32,000 nt of DNA, taken from Pirellula staleyi DSM 6068. GTDB taxonomy: Bacteria; Planctomycetota; Planctomycetia; Pirellulales; Pirellulaceae. Location of the stretch: the NCBI GenBank assembly GCA_000025185.1, contig CP001848.1, positions 270,001 through 302,000 of the forward strand, given 5' to 3'. A program made the translations under genes and the position numbers. Shown in pieces: positions 24,552 to 32,000 of this stretch. The notes below the pieces were generated by a model. That model had not been told where the DNA came from. It saw only the letters and a list, made by a program, of their open reading frames with translations, and did not search any database. Every line of letters starts with the position of its first letter. The stretch's first letter is position 1.

Positions 24552-25166
24552 TCATTCGCCTGATTCGTCGGCAAGGAGTTGTTTCAGTTGGTCTCGAAGT
24601 TGAAGTCGGGCCCGGTGGAGTCGGCTGCGAACCGTTCCGACCGGAAGATCCAAAATCTGCGATATCTGTTCGTAATCAAATCCGTCGATCTCACGCATCA
24701 CCAGCACGGTGCGAAACTCGTCCGCCAGGGTGGCAATCGCGCGATGTACCAAAGCAGCTTGTTCGCTCTGCAGCATCGGGCCATCGACTGCGGTGCTTGT
24801 CGCGACAGGCTCGTGCTGACTGCCGTAGCGACTTTCGTCGATCGACGTCAGAGGTTCTCTCTTCCGGCGAATCGTCATCGCCTGATTGAAGGCAATGCGA
24901 TAAAGCCAGGTGTAGAAAGAACTTTCGGCCTGAAACGAGGCGAGCTTGGTATAAGCCTGCACCATCGCCTCCTGCACCACATCTTCGGCTTCGCTGCGTG
25001 AGCGAGCGACGTGCACCATTGCGGTGAAAAGTCGATCCTGATAACGGGCGACCAGCAGGCCAAAGGCCTCGGTCTCTCCGCTCAGGACGAGTTTCACCAG
25101 ATGCTTGTCGTCGTGATACACGCGGCTTCGATCCTCTGACGCGCTAGGGACCGCAAAAGTTCCCAA
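24552..25166 (-). CDS. ECF-type RNA polymerase sigma-70 family factor
   Basis: Region 2 is EAEDVVQEAMVQAYTKLASFQAESSFYTWLYRIAFNQAM. Region 4 is FRTVLVMREIDGFDYEQISQILDLPVGTVRSRLHRARLQLR. The start is TTG 25166 or GTG 25121 (no ATG is available). Confidence 0.9.
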   Translation of the reverse strand: MGTFAVPSASEDRSRVYHDDKHLVKLVLSGETEAFGLLVARYQDRLFTAMVHVARSRSEAEDVVQEAMVQAYTKLASFQAESSFYTWLYRIAFNQAMTIRRKREPLTSIDESRYGSQHEPVATSTAVDGPMLQSEQAALVHRAIATLADEFRTVLVMREIDGFDYEQISQILDLPVGTVRSRLHRARLQLRDQLKQLLADESGE

Positions 25167-25214
25167 AATTTCCTAACTGCTGGCTAATCGAGCCTAGAAA
25201 GCAGTCGGCCAATA

Positions 25215-25242
25215 TCAGACGAAGGTGCTCGCTAAACAGTTC
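25215..25242 (-). promoter_or_regulatory. candidate ECF-type (autoregulated) promoter
   Basis: The minus strand reads caGAACtgtttagcgagcacctt-CGTCTGAtat: a GAAC -35 element, a 17-nt spacer and a CGTC/TCTGA -10 element. This is the classic ECF promoter shape (GGAAC-N16-17-CGTC / TCTGA). It lies ~45 nt upstream of the TTG 25166 start. Confidence 0.35.
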
Positions 25243-25429
25243 TGTGAAAATCACTTAGGTCGTGATAATTCACCTCAAACGAGCCCGCAAAGAATGCTGT
25301 GTGCGGATACGCGCGCACGACAATTTTCCTCGCCTAAGCGAGTCGCCTTTTACTTAAACACCGCAAATTAAATAAGTTACGCGGCGATCTTGCGAGAATT
25401 GACACGCAAGAGTGGTGCAGGCGAGATTC

Positions 25430-26734
25430 TCAGTCGCCCGAGCCGATGAACACCGGTTTATCGCGAGCCAGTTGTCCGACCCGGCAGACGACGCACTTGA
25501 GATACTCGGTCTCGAGGCAGGTCGACGAAACGGGATGGTCGGCCGCTGCTCCTCGAAGCTCGATGATCTGGATGTCGCGGCCCGTTTTTTGGGCCACGCC
25601 CGAAAGCATCAGCAGGAAATCTTCGCGGCTAACACTTCCCGAACAGCTGTGCGTGACGAGAATTCCGCCCGGCGGAAGTAGCGCGACAGCCGCCCGGTTC
25701 AGCCGGTGATAGGCCTGAATTGCCTGATCGACCTGGGATCGGCTGCGGGCAAATTTGGGGGGATCGAGCACAATGGCGTCGAACTTTCGCCCTTCGGTGG
25801 CGAACTTTTCGAGCGACTGAAAACCATCGCCCGCTTCGAACGTAACGTTAGTCAGGCCATTGATTTCCGCGTTTTTCTGAGCCTGGGCAACGGCCCGTTT
25901 GCTGGTATCGACTCCCAGAACTTCCGCTGCTTGGCCGTGGCGCGAGGCATTCATCGCAAAGCCGCCGGTGTAGCAGAACATGTCGAGCACCTTGCGACCC
26001 GCAAAGTACTTGGCCACAGCGAGACGATTGTCGCGCTGGTCGAGATAGAAACCGGTCTTCTGGCTGTCGGTCAGGTCGACCTCGTAGCTGATGCCGTGCT
26101 CGACAATTCGAATCGGCTCGTCGGTCCACTCTCCGAGACGCTCGGGAGCGATCGGCTCGATCCCTTCGAGCTTCGCCGACGCTGCATCGCCCCGCAGAAC
26201 CATCCCCTTGGGAGCCAGCAATTTCTGCAGGATTTCCGCGATGCCGTGCAATCGCTGCTGCATGGCTGCCGAGGTCGCTTGTACTACTAAATAGTCGCCA
26301 TAGCGGTCGACAACCAGCCCCGACAGGCCGTCGGCTTCGCTGAAAATCAGCCGGGCGGCGCTTGTGCTCCGTGCAGGTGAACCAGCGGCTGGTTCGAGCC
26401 CGAGTTGCACCCGCGATTCGATGGCATCGGCGATGCGGCGCTCAAAGAAGTCGGCGTTCAGCTGCTCTTCCTCGCGCCACGTGAAAAGGCGGACGCGAAT
26501 GCGACTTTGACCGTTGTAAAACCCGCGCGCGACGAACTTCCCCTTCTCGTTTAGCAGATTGACGACCGAACCATCGGCCAGCATATGCTCGGCTGCGATC
26601 GACAACGGCTGCACACGGTCGACACCGGTGGCCAGCACCCAGGGGTGGCGTCCGTAGAACGGCAAAGCCTTACGTGGCTTGAGTTTCACTGCTGCCAAAG
26701 GCTCACACGTCGGCCACTTTGCACTCGCACCCAT
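25430..26734 (-). CDS. rlmI: 23S rRNA (cytosine-C5) methyltransferase RlmI-like (PUA + class I SAM MTase)
   Basis: It is colinear with E. coli RlmI from memory (RRHPWVF -> GRHPWVL; GESDGLPG..DR.G -> SEADGLSGLVVDRYG; KTGYYLDQRD.R -> KTGFYLDQRDNR; NCFSYTGGFA -> DMFCYTGGFA; DPPKF; SCSG; ADHP). ATG 26734 is preferred over TTG 26776. Confidence 0.88.
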   Translation of the reverse strand: MGASAKWPTCEPLAAVKLKPRKALPFYGRHPWVLATGVDRVQPLSIAAEHMLADGSVVNLLNEKGKFVARGFYNGQSRIRVRLFTWREEEQLNADFFERRIADAIESRVQLGLEPAAGSPARSTSAARLIFSEADGLSGLVVDRYGDYLVVQATSAAMQQRLHGIAEILQKLLAPKGMVLRGDAASAKLEGIEPIAPERLGEWTDEPIRIVEHGISYEVDLTDSQKTGFYLDQRDNRLAVAKYFAGRKVLDMFCYTGGFAMNASRHGQAAEVLGVDTSKRAVAQAQKNAEINGLTNVTFEAGDGFQSLEKFATEGRKFDAIVLDPPKFARSRSQVDQAIQAYHRLNRAAVALLPPGGILVTHSCSGSVSREDFLLMLSGVAQKTGRDIQIIELRGAAADHPVSSTCLETEYLKCVVCRVGQLARDKPVFIGSGD

Positions 26735-26801
26735 AACGCCACTTCTTTCGAGCTTCTTCAAGCATTCCGTAGGCAATCACCCGTCTCTCACAGCCAATCC
26801 C

Positions 26802-27275
26802 TCAGAATACTCCAGACCCCTCACCTTCCGCGAGGGGCACCTTCGATTCACCCCTGCCGAGAATTGCTTGCGACTCCTGCAGTCGGCGCAGTTCTTCTTT
26901 CAATTGGCGCTCAATCAGAAAAGTGGCTACCGTGCCGATCATCGGCAGGAGAATCACGAAGTACAGCAGGTTGGCACGCTGTTTTCCGTGGACGATCGCT
27001 AGCGTTTGCCGCACCTTCCACGCAACGGCGAAGGGTGGCATGAGGGTCACGAAATAGAGAGCCCAAGGTGTCTCCTTCTCGGTCGGCACGAGTAGCATCA
27101 GTGAGACCACATCGGAGCAGCCGCGCACGATCCAAATCGATCGCATGCCACGCAGGGACTTCTCGAACGCCGCTAGATACCCCTGATCAGCCGAGGCATC
27201 GGAAGTGGCCAATTCTGCAGCGACAGTTGGCTCTTCCTCTTTTTTCTCAGGCGACTGATAGGGATTGATCTCCAT
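26802..27275 (-). CDS. hypothetical small membrane protein (NPYQSP N-terminus)
   Basis: ATG 27275 (MEINPYQSPEKKEEE...). Three hydrophobic segments are present (IWIVRGCSDVVSLMLLV, ALYFVTLMPPFAVAW, LLYFVILLPMIGTVATFLI). It ends 26-68 nt upstream of rlmI on the same strand. Confidence 0.65.
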   Translation of the reverse strand: MEINPYQSPEKKEEEPTVAAELATSDASADQGYLAAFEKSLRGMRSIWIVRGCSDVVSLMLLVPTEKETPWALYFVTLMPPFAVAWKVRQTLAIVHGKQRANLLYFVILLPMIGTVATFLIERQLKEELRRLQESQAILGRGESKVPLAEGEGSGVF

Positions 27276-27681
27276 CGCTCTTGGTCACCCTCGATCAGGC
27301 TGGGCTTGATTCAGCGGCTGATGCAGCCACGGTTTCCGACTGTTGGCGACGCGCGGCAACAATACTGATGCGCGGACGCTGAGGTGACCACTAAAAGTAG
27401 ACTAACAAGTACGAACTCCTCGCGCACGAGCTGCCAGCAATGCTAGCACATCTCCTCTTTCTTTCTCGCTTGTGGCGATTTGCGGTATTGCCCTAAAATC
27501 CGGCGACTTGGGAAGTTTCGTAAGGAACCCTCTCCCCTCAAGTTCGTAGCAAGTGTGTCGGCTAAGCTCTCAGCTGCCTGGCAACATTTGTCCGCTGATA
27601 GAAACTGGCCCAGCGCTTTGAAAATGGCGTTTGTGAAAGGTGCTTGATCCTGCTGATGGTGATGATGCTTCCTGAACTTGG

Positions 27682-30600
27682 ATGTGGCGAATGAATTTGG
27701 AGCGGGGGCCACAGCTTTCCGAATCGCCACTTGCCGCGCCGCTTGAAAGGCTGACGCGCGCCTGCCTCGCTGCGCCGGGCAAAGTGGTGATCGGCGCGGT
27801 TGTGCTGGCACTGATTGCCGTGCTCGCCACCGCCAGCGGATTGGCGATGAAAACGAGTCGGCTCGACCTGCTTTCACCCCGCAGTGAATACAACCAGCGC
27901 TGGCTCGCTTACCTCGCCGAGTTTGGCGACCGCGACGATGCCATCGTGCTCGTCCGATCTCCGCAACCGGCCAAGCTCGCTGCTGCACTCGAAGACCTGG
28001 CTAAAAAAGTTCGCTCTGGCGAAACCCACTTCGAATCGATTTTCTATCGCCGCGATCTTTCGCGCGTGAAAGGGAAAGCCCTTCACTTTTCGTCGATAGA
28101 AGAACTTCGCACACTCAGTCAAGAAACGGCGCGAGCGGCGCAGCTCTTCCCAACCGCCGATGTGCCACTCGACCCCACTGCTGTTCTCGCGCAGCTGAAC
28201 AATCGACTCGAGACGATCGACGTCACCACGACGCAAATGCGTGCGCAAGTCGAAGCGCAGTACCTGCAAACGCTCGGCATGATTGGGGCTGTGATTGGCG
28301 AACAAACCGCGCGCCCAGCTGCCCCTGGCAATTCGCTCGAGCAGCTGGAAGCACGCCTTTTGCAGCTCAATGCCCAGTACCTCACCACCGACGACGGAAA
28401 CACCGCTTTTCTGCTGCTGAAACTCAAGAGCAGCAACACCAGCGAGTTCGCGCGGGGAAGCGAAGCCATTGGCAAACTCCGCGCTATCATCACCCAAGCA
28501 CGCGCTGATCATCCGGACACCTGGATCGGGTTGACCGGCATGCCGATCATCGAGTTCGATGAAATGCAGGCGAGTCAAACCGACATGGTTTGGACCAGCA
28601 TCGCCAGTCTCATCGCCGTCGCCTTTCTGTTCGTGGCTGGCTACGGCGGCATGCGTCACGCGCTCCTCGCCTGCGCGGTGCTGCTGCTCGGTATGGCCTA
28701 CGCTTTTGGGTTTGTCACGCTCGCCATCGGTCACCTCAACATCCTGAGCGCTGCGTTTGGCGTCATCTTGGTCGGCCTCGGCATCGACTTTGGCATTCAC
28801 TATGTCGCGAGCTATCTGCGACTCCGTAAAAACGGCTACTCGATCGACGAAGCGTTGATGCGAACAGCCACCGACGTCGGCCCTAGTGTGCTCACCGGCG
28901 GCATCACCACGGCGGCCGGCTTTTTCTGCGCAGCGCTCACCGATTTCACCGGCGTTCGCGAGTTGGGCATCGTCGCCGGTGGTGGCATTTTGCTGTGCGT
29001 CATTACCGCCGTCACGGTCCTCCCGGCGCTACTAAAACTCGTCGACTCCCGGATCGAAAATCGTGAAGTCCCTGCGATTCTTCCCGCTGCGAACTGGGTG
29101 CGAGGGTTCAGCGAATCACCGCGACTCACCCTCGCTTTCTTTGCCGTACTGACACTCGTGCTATGCCTCGGGCTATTCGACTTAAAGTTCGACCATAATC
29201 TGCTGAACCTTCAGCCGCGCGGCATCGAAAGCGCGCAGATCGAGCGCGAACTGTTCATCGATCGCGACGACAGTGTTTGGTTCGCACTCTCAATTTGCGA
29301 GAACCGCGAAGAGCTTCGCGCTCGCAAGGCAAAATTCGAGTCGCTCGGCTGTGTCGCCAAAACGGAAGAGATCGTCTCGCTCCTCCCTTCGTCGTCGATC
29401 GAAAAAGAACAGCTGATCGCAACGATCCATAAGCAACTCGCAAGACTCCCCGATGTAGTGCCGAGCCCTGCTCCGCTTCGCGCCGACGCGCTCTTGAACG
29501 AAGTCCGCCGCGCTAGTCGCTTGCTCGCGGAAACCTCTCAGCAAGAATCTCCAGCAGCAGCCCTCGCTCAGCTGACCGCGCAGAGCCTCGCGCAAATTCC
29601 GCCTCAAGTTCTCGAGGCGAGCTGGGCCCAAGCGCAGGCGGCGATGATGCAAACCGCCATCCAGTCGCTACGCCCCCTCGCCGAACTCAGCAATCCCGAG
29701 CCCCCCACACTCGAAGACCTCCCACCCGAACTAACTTCGCGATTCGTCGGCATCACGCACAAGCATTTGATTCGCGTCTTTGCCAAAGGGAGCATCTGGG
29801 ACATGGACGAACTGGCCACGTTCGTCGGCGAGCTCGAGAAGGTCGACCCGCAGGTGACCGGCCATCCCGTGCAAACGTTCTACGCCTCGCAGCATATGCA
29901 GCAGAGCTACATCACCGCTGGACTCTACGCGCTCGTCGCGGTCTTCGTCCTGCTGGTGATCGACTTTCGTAGTTTCCGCGCGTCGCTCCTGGCGATGGTC
30001 CCCCTCCTCGTCGGCTTCCTTCAGATGTGCGGAACGATCGGCTGGCTCGGGATTCCCCTGAACCCAGCCAACATGATCGTGCTGCCGCTGCTCCTGGGCA
30101 TCGGCGTCGACGATGGTGTGCACCTAGTGCACGAAATGCGACGTTCGCGAGGACGCTTCAAGCTAAGCAACTCCACCGCCGTCGCCGTCATCCTGACCAG
30201 CACCACCACGATGGCCAGCTTCGGCAGCATGATCCTTGCGCGACACCGGGGTCTGCAAACCCTCGGACAGGTCCTCACCATTGGTGTACTCTGCTGCCTT
30301 AGCATGTCTCTGTTGGCGTTTCCCGCACTGCTGACTTGGCTTACGCGGCACCGCGAAGAGCTCGACGAAGACGAAGAAGACATCCTGCAGCTGGCGCGCG
30401 GCACCACGACACCACCAACCGACGTCGATGTGCCATCGATCCCCTCGACATTTGCCGTCCCCCCTGCCAAAAGCCCAACGCGCGTGATCGACGAGCCCCC
30501 ACCAGTCGAGGAGCCTGCGCCGCAGCCGATGGTCGATGTGTCTCCGGCAGTGAAGCGTCCTCAGCGCACGGAAACTTTTTTCCAGACGACACTTACAGCA

Positions 30601-30903
30601 CACCAAGCTCCTCCAGAATCGGCCCCAGAACCGGCCCTCGAAGAACCTCTCCCGGAAGAGATCGAGTCGCTGCTGGATTCGTTAACGCGAGGGGGAGCTT
30701 CTGTCGACGATAGTAGTTCCCTGGAGTATGCCCAAGGGGACGGATCCAGCCAGCAGTACCTCCCGGAATCGTCGGTCGAACCGCTCGCCGACGAGTCGTC
30801 GGATGGCATTTTGGGCCCTCGCCGGCTCATCACGCCCGCCAGACGTATTTTGCCAACCCGCCAGAGCCCTGGTGAAGGCGAAGCAAACCCCGACGAGGTC
30901 TAG
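27682..30903 (+). CDS. RND-superfamily MMPL-type exporter (HpnN-like architecture) with long disordered C-terminal tail
   Basis: It has two 6-TM MMPL modules (e.g. LNILSAAFGVILVGLGIDFGIHY and NMIVLPLLLGIGVDDGVHLVHEM), each preceded by a large soluble domain. The start is ATG 27682 or 27691. The last ~190 aa are Pro/Glu/Ser/Asp-rich without TM segments. Confidence 0.88.
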   Translation: MWRMNLERGPQLSESPLAAPLERLTRACLAAPGKVVIGAVVLALIAVLATASGLAMKTSRLDLLSPRSEYNQRWLAYLAEFGDRDDAIVLVRSPQPAKLAAALEDLAKKVRSGETHFESIFYRRDLSRVKGKALHFSSIEELRTLSQETARAAQLFPTADVPLDPTAVLAQLNNRLETIDVTTTQMRAQVEAQYLQTLGMIGAVIGEQTARPAAPGNSLEQLEARLLQLNAQYLTTDDGNTAFLLLKLKSSNTSEFARGSEAIGKLRAIITQARADHPDTWIGLTGMPIIEFDEMQASQTDMVWTSIASLIAVAFLFVAGYGGMRHALLACAVLLLGMAYAFGFVTLAIGHLNILSAAFGVILVGLGIDFGIHYVASYLRLRKNGYSIDEALMRTATDVGPSVLTGGITTAAGFFCAALTDFTGVRELGIVAGGGILLCVITAVTVLPALLKLVDSRIENREVPAILPAANWVRGFSESPRLTLAFFAVLTLVLCLGLFDLKFDHNLLNLQPRGIESAQIERELFIDRDDSVWFALSICENREELRARKAKFESLGCVAKTEEIVSLLPSSSIEKEQLIATIHKQLARLPDVVPSPAPLRADALLNEVRRASRLLAETSQQESPAAALAQLTAQSLAQIPPQVLEASWAQAQAAMMQTAIQSLRPLAELSNPEPPTLEDLPPELTSRFVGITHKHLIRVFAKGSIWDMDELATFVGELEKVDPQVTGHPVQTFYASQHMQQSYITAGLYALVAVFVLLVIDFRSFRASLLAMVPLLVGFLQMCGTIGWLGIPLNPANMIVLPLLLGIGVDDGVHLVHEMRRSRGRFKLSNSTAVAVILTSTTTMASFGSMILARHRGLQTLGQVLTIGVLCCLSMSLLAFPALLTWLTRHREELDEDEEDILQLARGTTTPPTDVDVPSIPSTFAVPPAKSPTRVIDEPPPVEEPAPQPMVDVSPAVKRPQRTETFFQTTLTAHQAPPESAPEPALEEPLPEEIESLLDSLTRGGASVDDSSSLEYAQGDGSSQQYLPESSVEPLADESSDGILGPRRLITPARRILPTRQSPGEGEANPDEV

Positions 30904-31068
30904 CTTTAGATGCTCCTCTTGCTTCCCGCGCGACAAGGCTTCCCTAAGGTCGCTTGCCGTGGTAGCTTGATGAGTTCTACAAAACCCTAAAACCTTCGCC
31001 GCAGGTCTCAGAAACAAGACTTACTCGGCGAAGTTACATCGTTTTTGTTTCCCGAAAGAAGGTTCGTC

Positions 31069-31167
31069 ATGGCCAAGCCACATCGCTCGCACAAAAAAGC
31101 CAACCACGGCAAACGCCCTGCCAACGCCAAGGCGCGTCGCGCCAAACGACGTAAGGTCCGCACCTAA
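31069..31167 (+). CDS. 32-aa highly basic protein with bL37-like KANHGKRP motif (candidate small ribosomal protein)
   Basis: It is absent from the ORF track because it is too short. The ATG at 31069 is preceded by AAGAAGG. The translation is MAKPHRSHKKANHGKRPANAKARRAKRRKVRT*. The core HKKANHGKRP closely matches the ...HSKANHGKRPN... core of mycobacterial ribosomal protein bL37 as I remember it. Confidence 0.5.
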   Translation: MAKPHRSHKKANHGKRPANAKARRAKRRKVRT

Positions 31168-31321
31168 TTCCGGTGTCCCTTCGTCCTGGCTCCAGCGTAA
31201 AACTGCGTCGCTCGTTTCCTCTCCTTGTTGCACTCACCGCTCCACAGGTTGATCCACAACTGCGCTCGTAACCACCACAACGTGGTTGTGCCAAAAGTGC
31301 CTGTCGGCAGGGAAAAAACAC

Positions 31322-31852
31322 GTGGCTGAGAAAGACTTTCTCGTCGATTTCACCCAACTCGACTTCGATAACCCCGTCGCCCGCATCGAGGACATCCGCA
31401 AGATCAATCCTCAGCGCCACGAGATGGAGCAGCTATCGGCGGTCGTTTGGATCGATCACGAAGAGATCGCCGCTGTTGGCTATAAAGACATCACCGCCAG
31501 CGACTTTTGGGTCCGTGGTCACATGCCCGGAATGCCCTTGATGCCAGGCGTCGTGATGCTCGAAGCCATTGCGCAGCTCTGCAGCTTCGTCACGCAGAAA
31601 CTCGACCTGCTGGGATGCGAGATGGTCGGCTTTGGTGGACTCGAAGAAGTCCGCTTTCGCGACCCTGTAGTTCCCGGCGATCGGCTGATCCTGATGTGCC
31701 GCAAGGACAAAGTCCGTCGCGGTCGCATGATCGTGTGCCGCTTCCAGGGAGCTGTCGGCGATCGAATCGTGCTCGAGGGGGTGCTCAAGGGTGTGCCGAT
31801 TCCGATCGAAGCCCTCACCAAATACCGCATTAAAGAAGAACCTCAAAGCTAG
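31322..31852 (+). CDS. FabZ/FabA-family 3-hydroxyacyl-ACP dehydratase (hotdog fold), non-canonical N-terminus
   Basis: FWVRGHMPGMPLMPGVVMLEAIAQ corresponds to the FabZ active-site motif F..GHFP..PVMPGVL..EA.AQ. The start is GTG 31322 (MAEKDFLVDF...) or TTG 31286. The N-terminal segment IRKINPQRHEMEQL replaces the canonical LLPHRYPFLLVD. Confidence 0.85.
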   Translation: MAEKDFLVDFTQLDFDNPVARIEDIRKINPQRHEMEQLSAVVWIDHEEIAAVGYKDITASDFWVRGHMPGMPLMPGVVMLEAIAQLCSFVTQKLDLLGCEMVGFGGLEEVRFRDPVVPGDRLILMCRKDKVRRGRMIVCRFQGAVGDRIVLEGVLKGVPIPIEALTKYRIKEEPQS

Positions 31853-31960
31853 TCGCTATGGGAAATAGCAGGCTGCCAAAGCCTCGTCCCGCAGGTTTCA
31901 TTTGAGATGCTGTGGTTGATACTTAGTGCATGAAATTCTGTGCGCCGGAGAAGAGACACC

Positions 31961-32000
31961 ATGGGCCGCCGCGCACTCCCGAAAATCAACCCGACGATCG
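31961..32000 (+). CDS. 5' end of an unidentified gene (MGRRALPKINPTI...), truncated by window edge
   Basis: ATG 31961 is preceded by GGAGAAGAG 5 nt upstream. Only 13 codons are visible, so no function can be inferred. Confidence 0.3.
   Translation, partial: MGRRALPKINPTI

Noticed and set aside
27443-27988. 181-codon minus-strand ORF spanning the RND promoter region and 5' end.
   Set aside because: Its product is an Arg/Ala/Gln-rich low-complexity sequence, and it overlaps the well-supported RND start. No motif is present.

Overview
32-kb chromosomal window from a high-GC bacterium. The gene content points to Planctomycetota, probably a Pirellulales-like organism (inference): a prepilin-type N-terminus plus DUF1559 'H-X9-DG' protein, an NPYQSP-type small membrane protein, and long lineage-specific insertions in housekeeping proteins. 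I can support 27 coding regions, two of them partial. They are: the 3' end of gltB plus gltD; a minus-strand trio (DUF1559 pseudopilin-like protein, DUF6882-like protein, and a lower-GC 352-aa protein with an HhH-GPD glycosylase-type motif); mscL; an MsbA-type ABC exporter; a secreted CAP/SCP protein; a hypothetical protein divergent from argS; argS followed by an orphan SPPY (N4-cytosine-type) beta-class DNA methyltransferase; an ArsR-family regulator; a five-gene Opp/Dpp-type peptide ABC importer; a CDGSH Fe-S miniprotein; a hypothetical protein; an ECF sigma/anti-sigma pair; rlmI plus a small membrane protein; an HpnN/MMPL-type RND exporter with a ~190-aa disordered tail; a 32-codon basic ORF absent from the ORF track that carries a bL37-like KANHGKRP motif; a FabZ-family dehydratase; and the first codons of one more gene. 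I found no rRNA, tRNA, CRISPR array, transposase or integrase. Three stretches remain least explained: a ~1.2-kb coding-poor, lower-GC gap (14.1-15.3 kb), a ~0.78-kb intergenic region with a G-depleted AT-rich tract and a hairpin-rich leader (7.7-8.5 kb), and the glycosylase-like/DUF6882 islet (2.0-3.5 kb). I did not find anything I can confidently call a new system. The candidates are listed in findings with explicit tests. All GC values are by-eye estimates, and all family assignments come from motif recognition without database searches.
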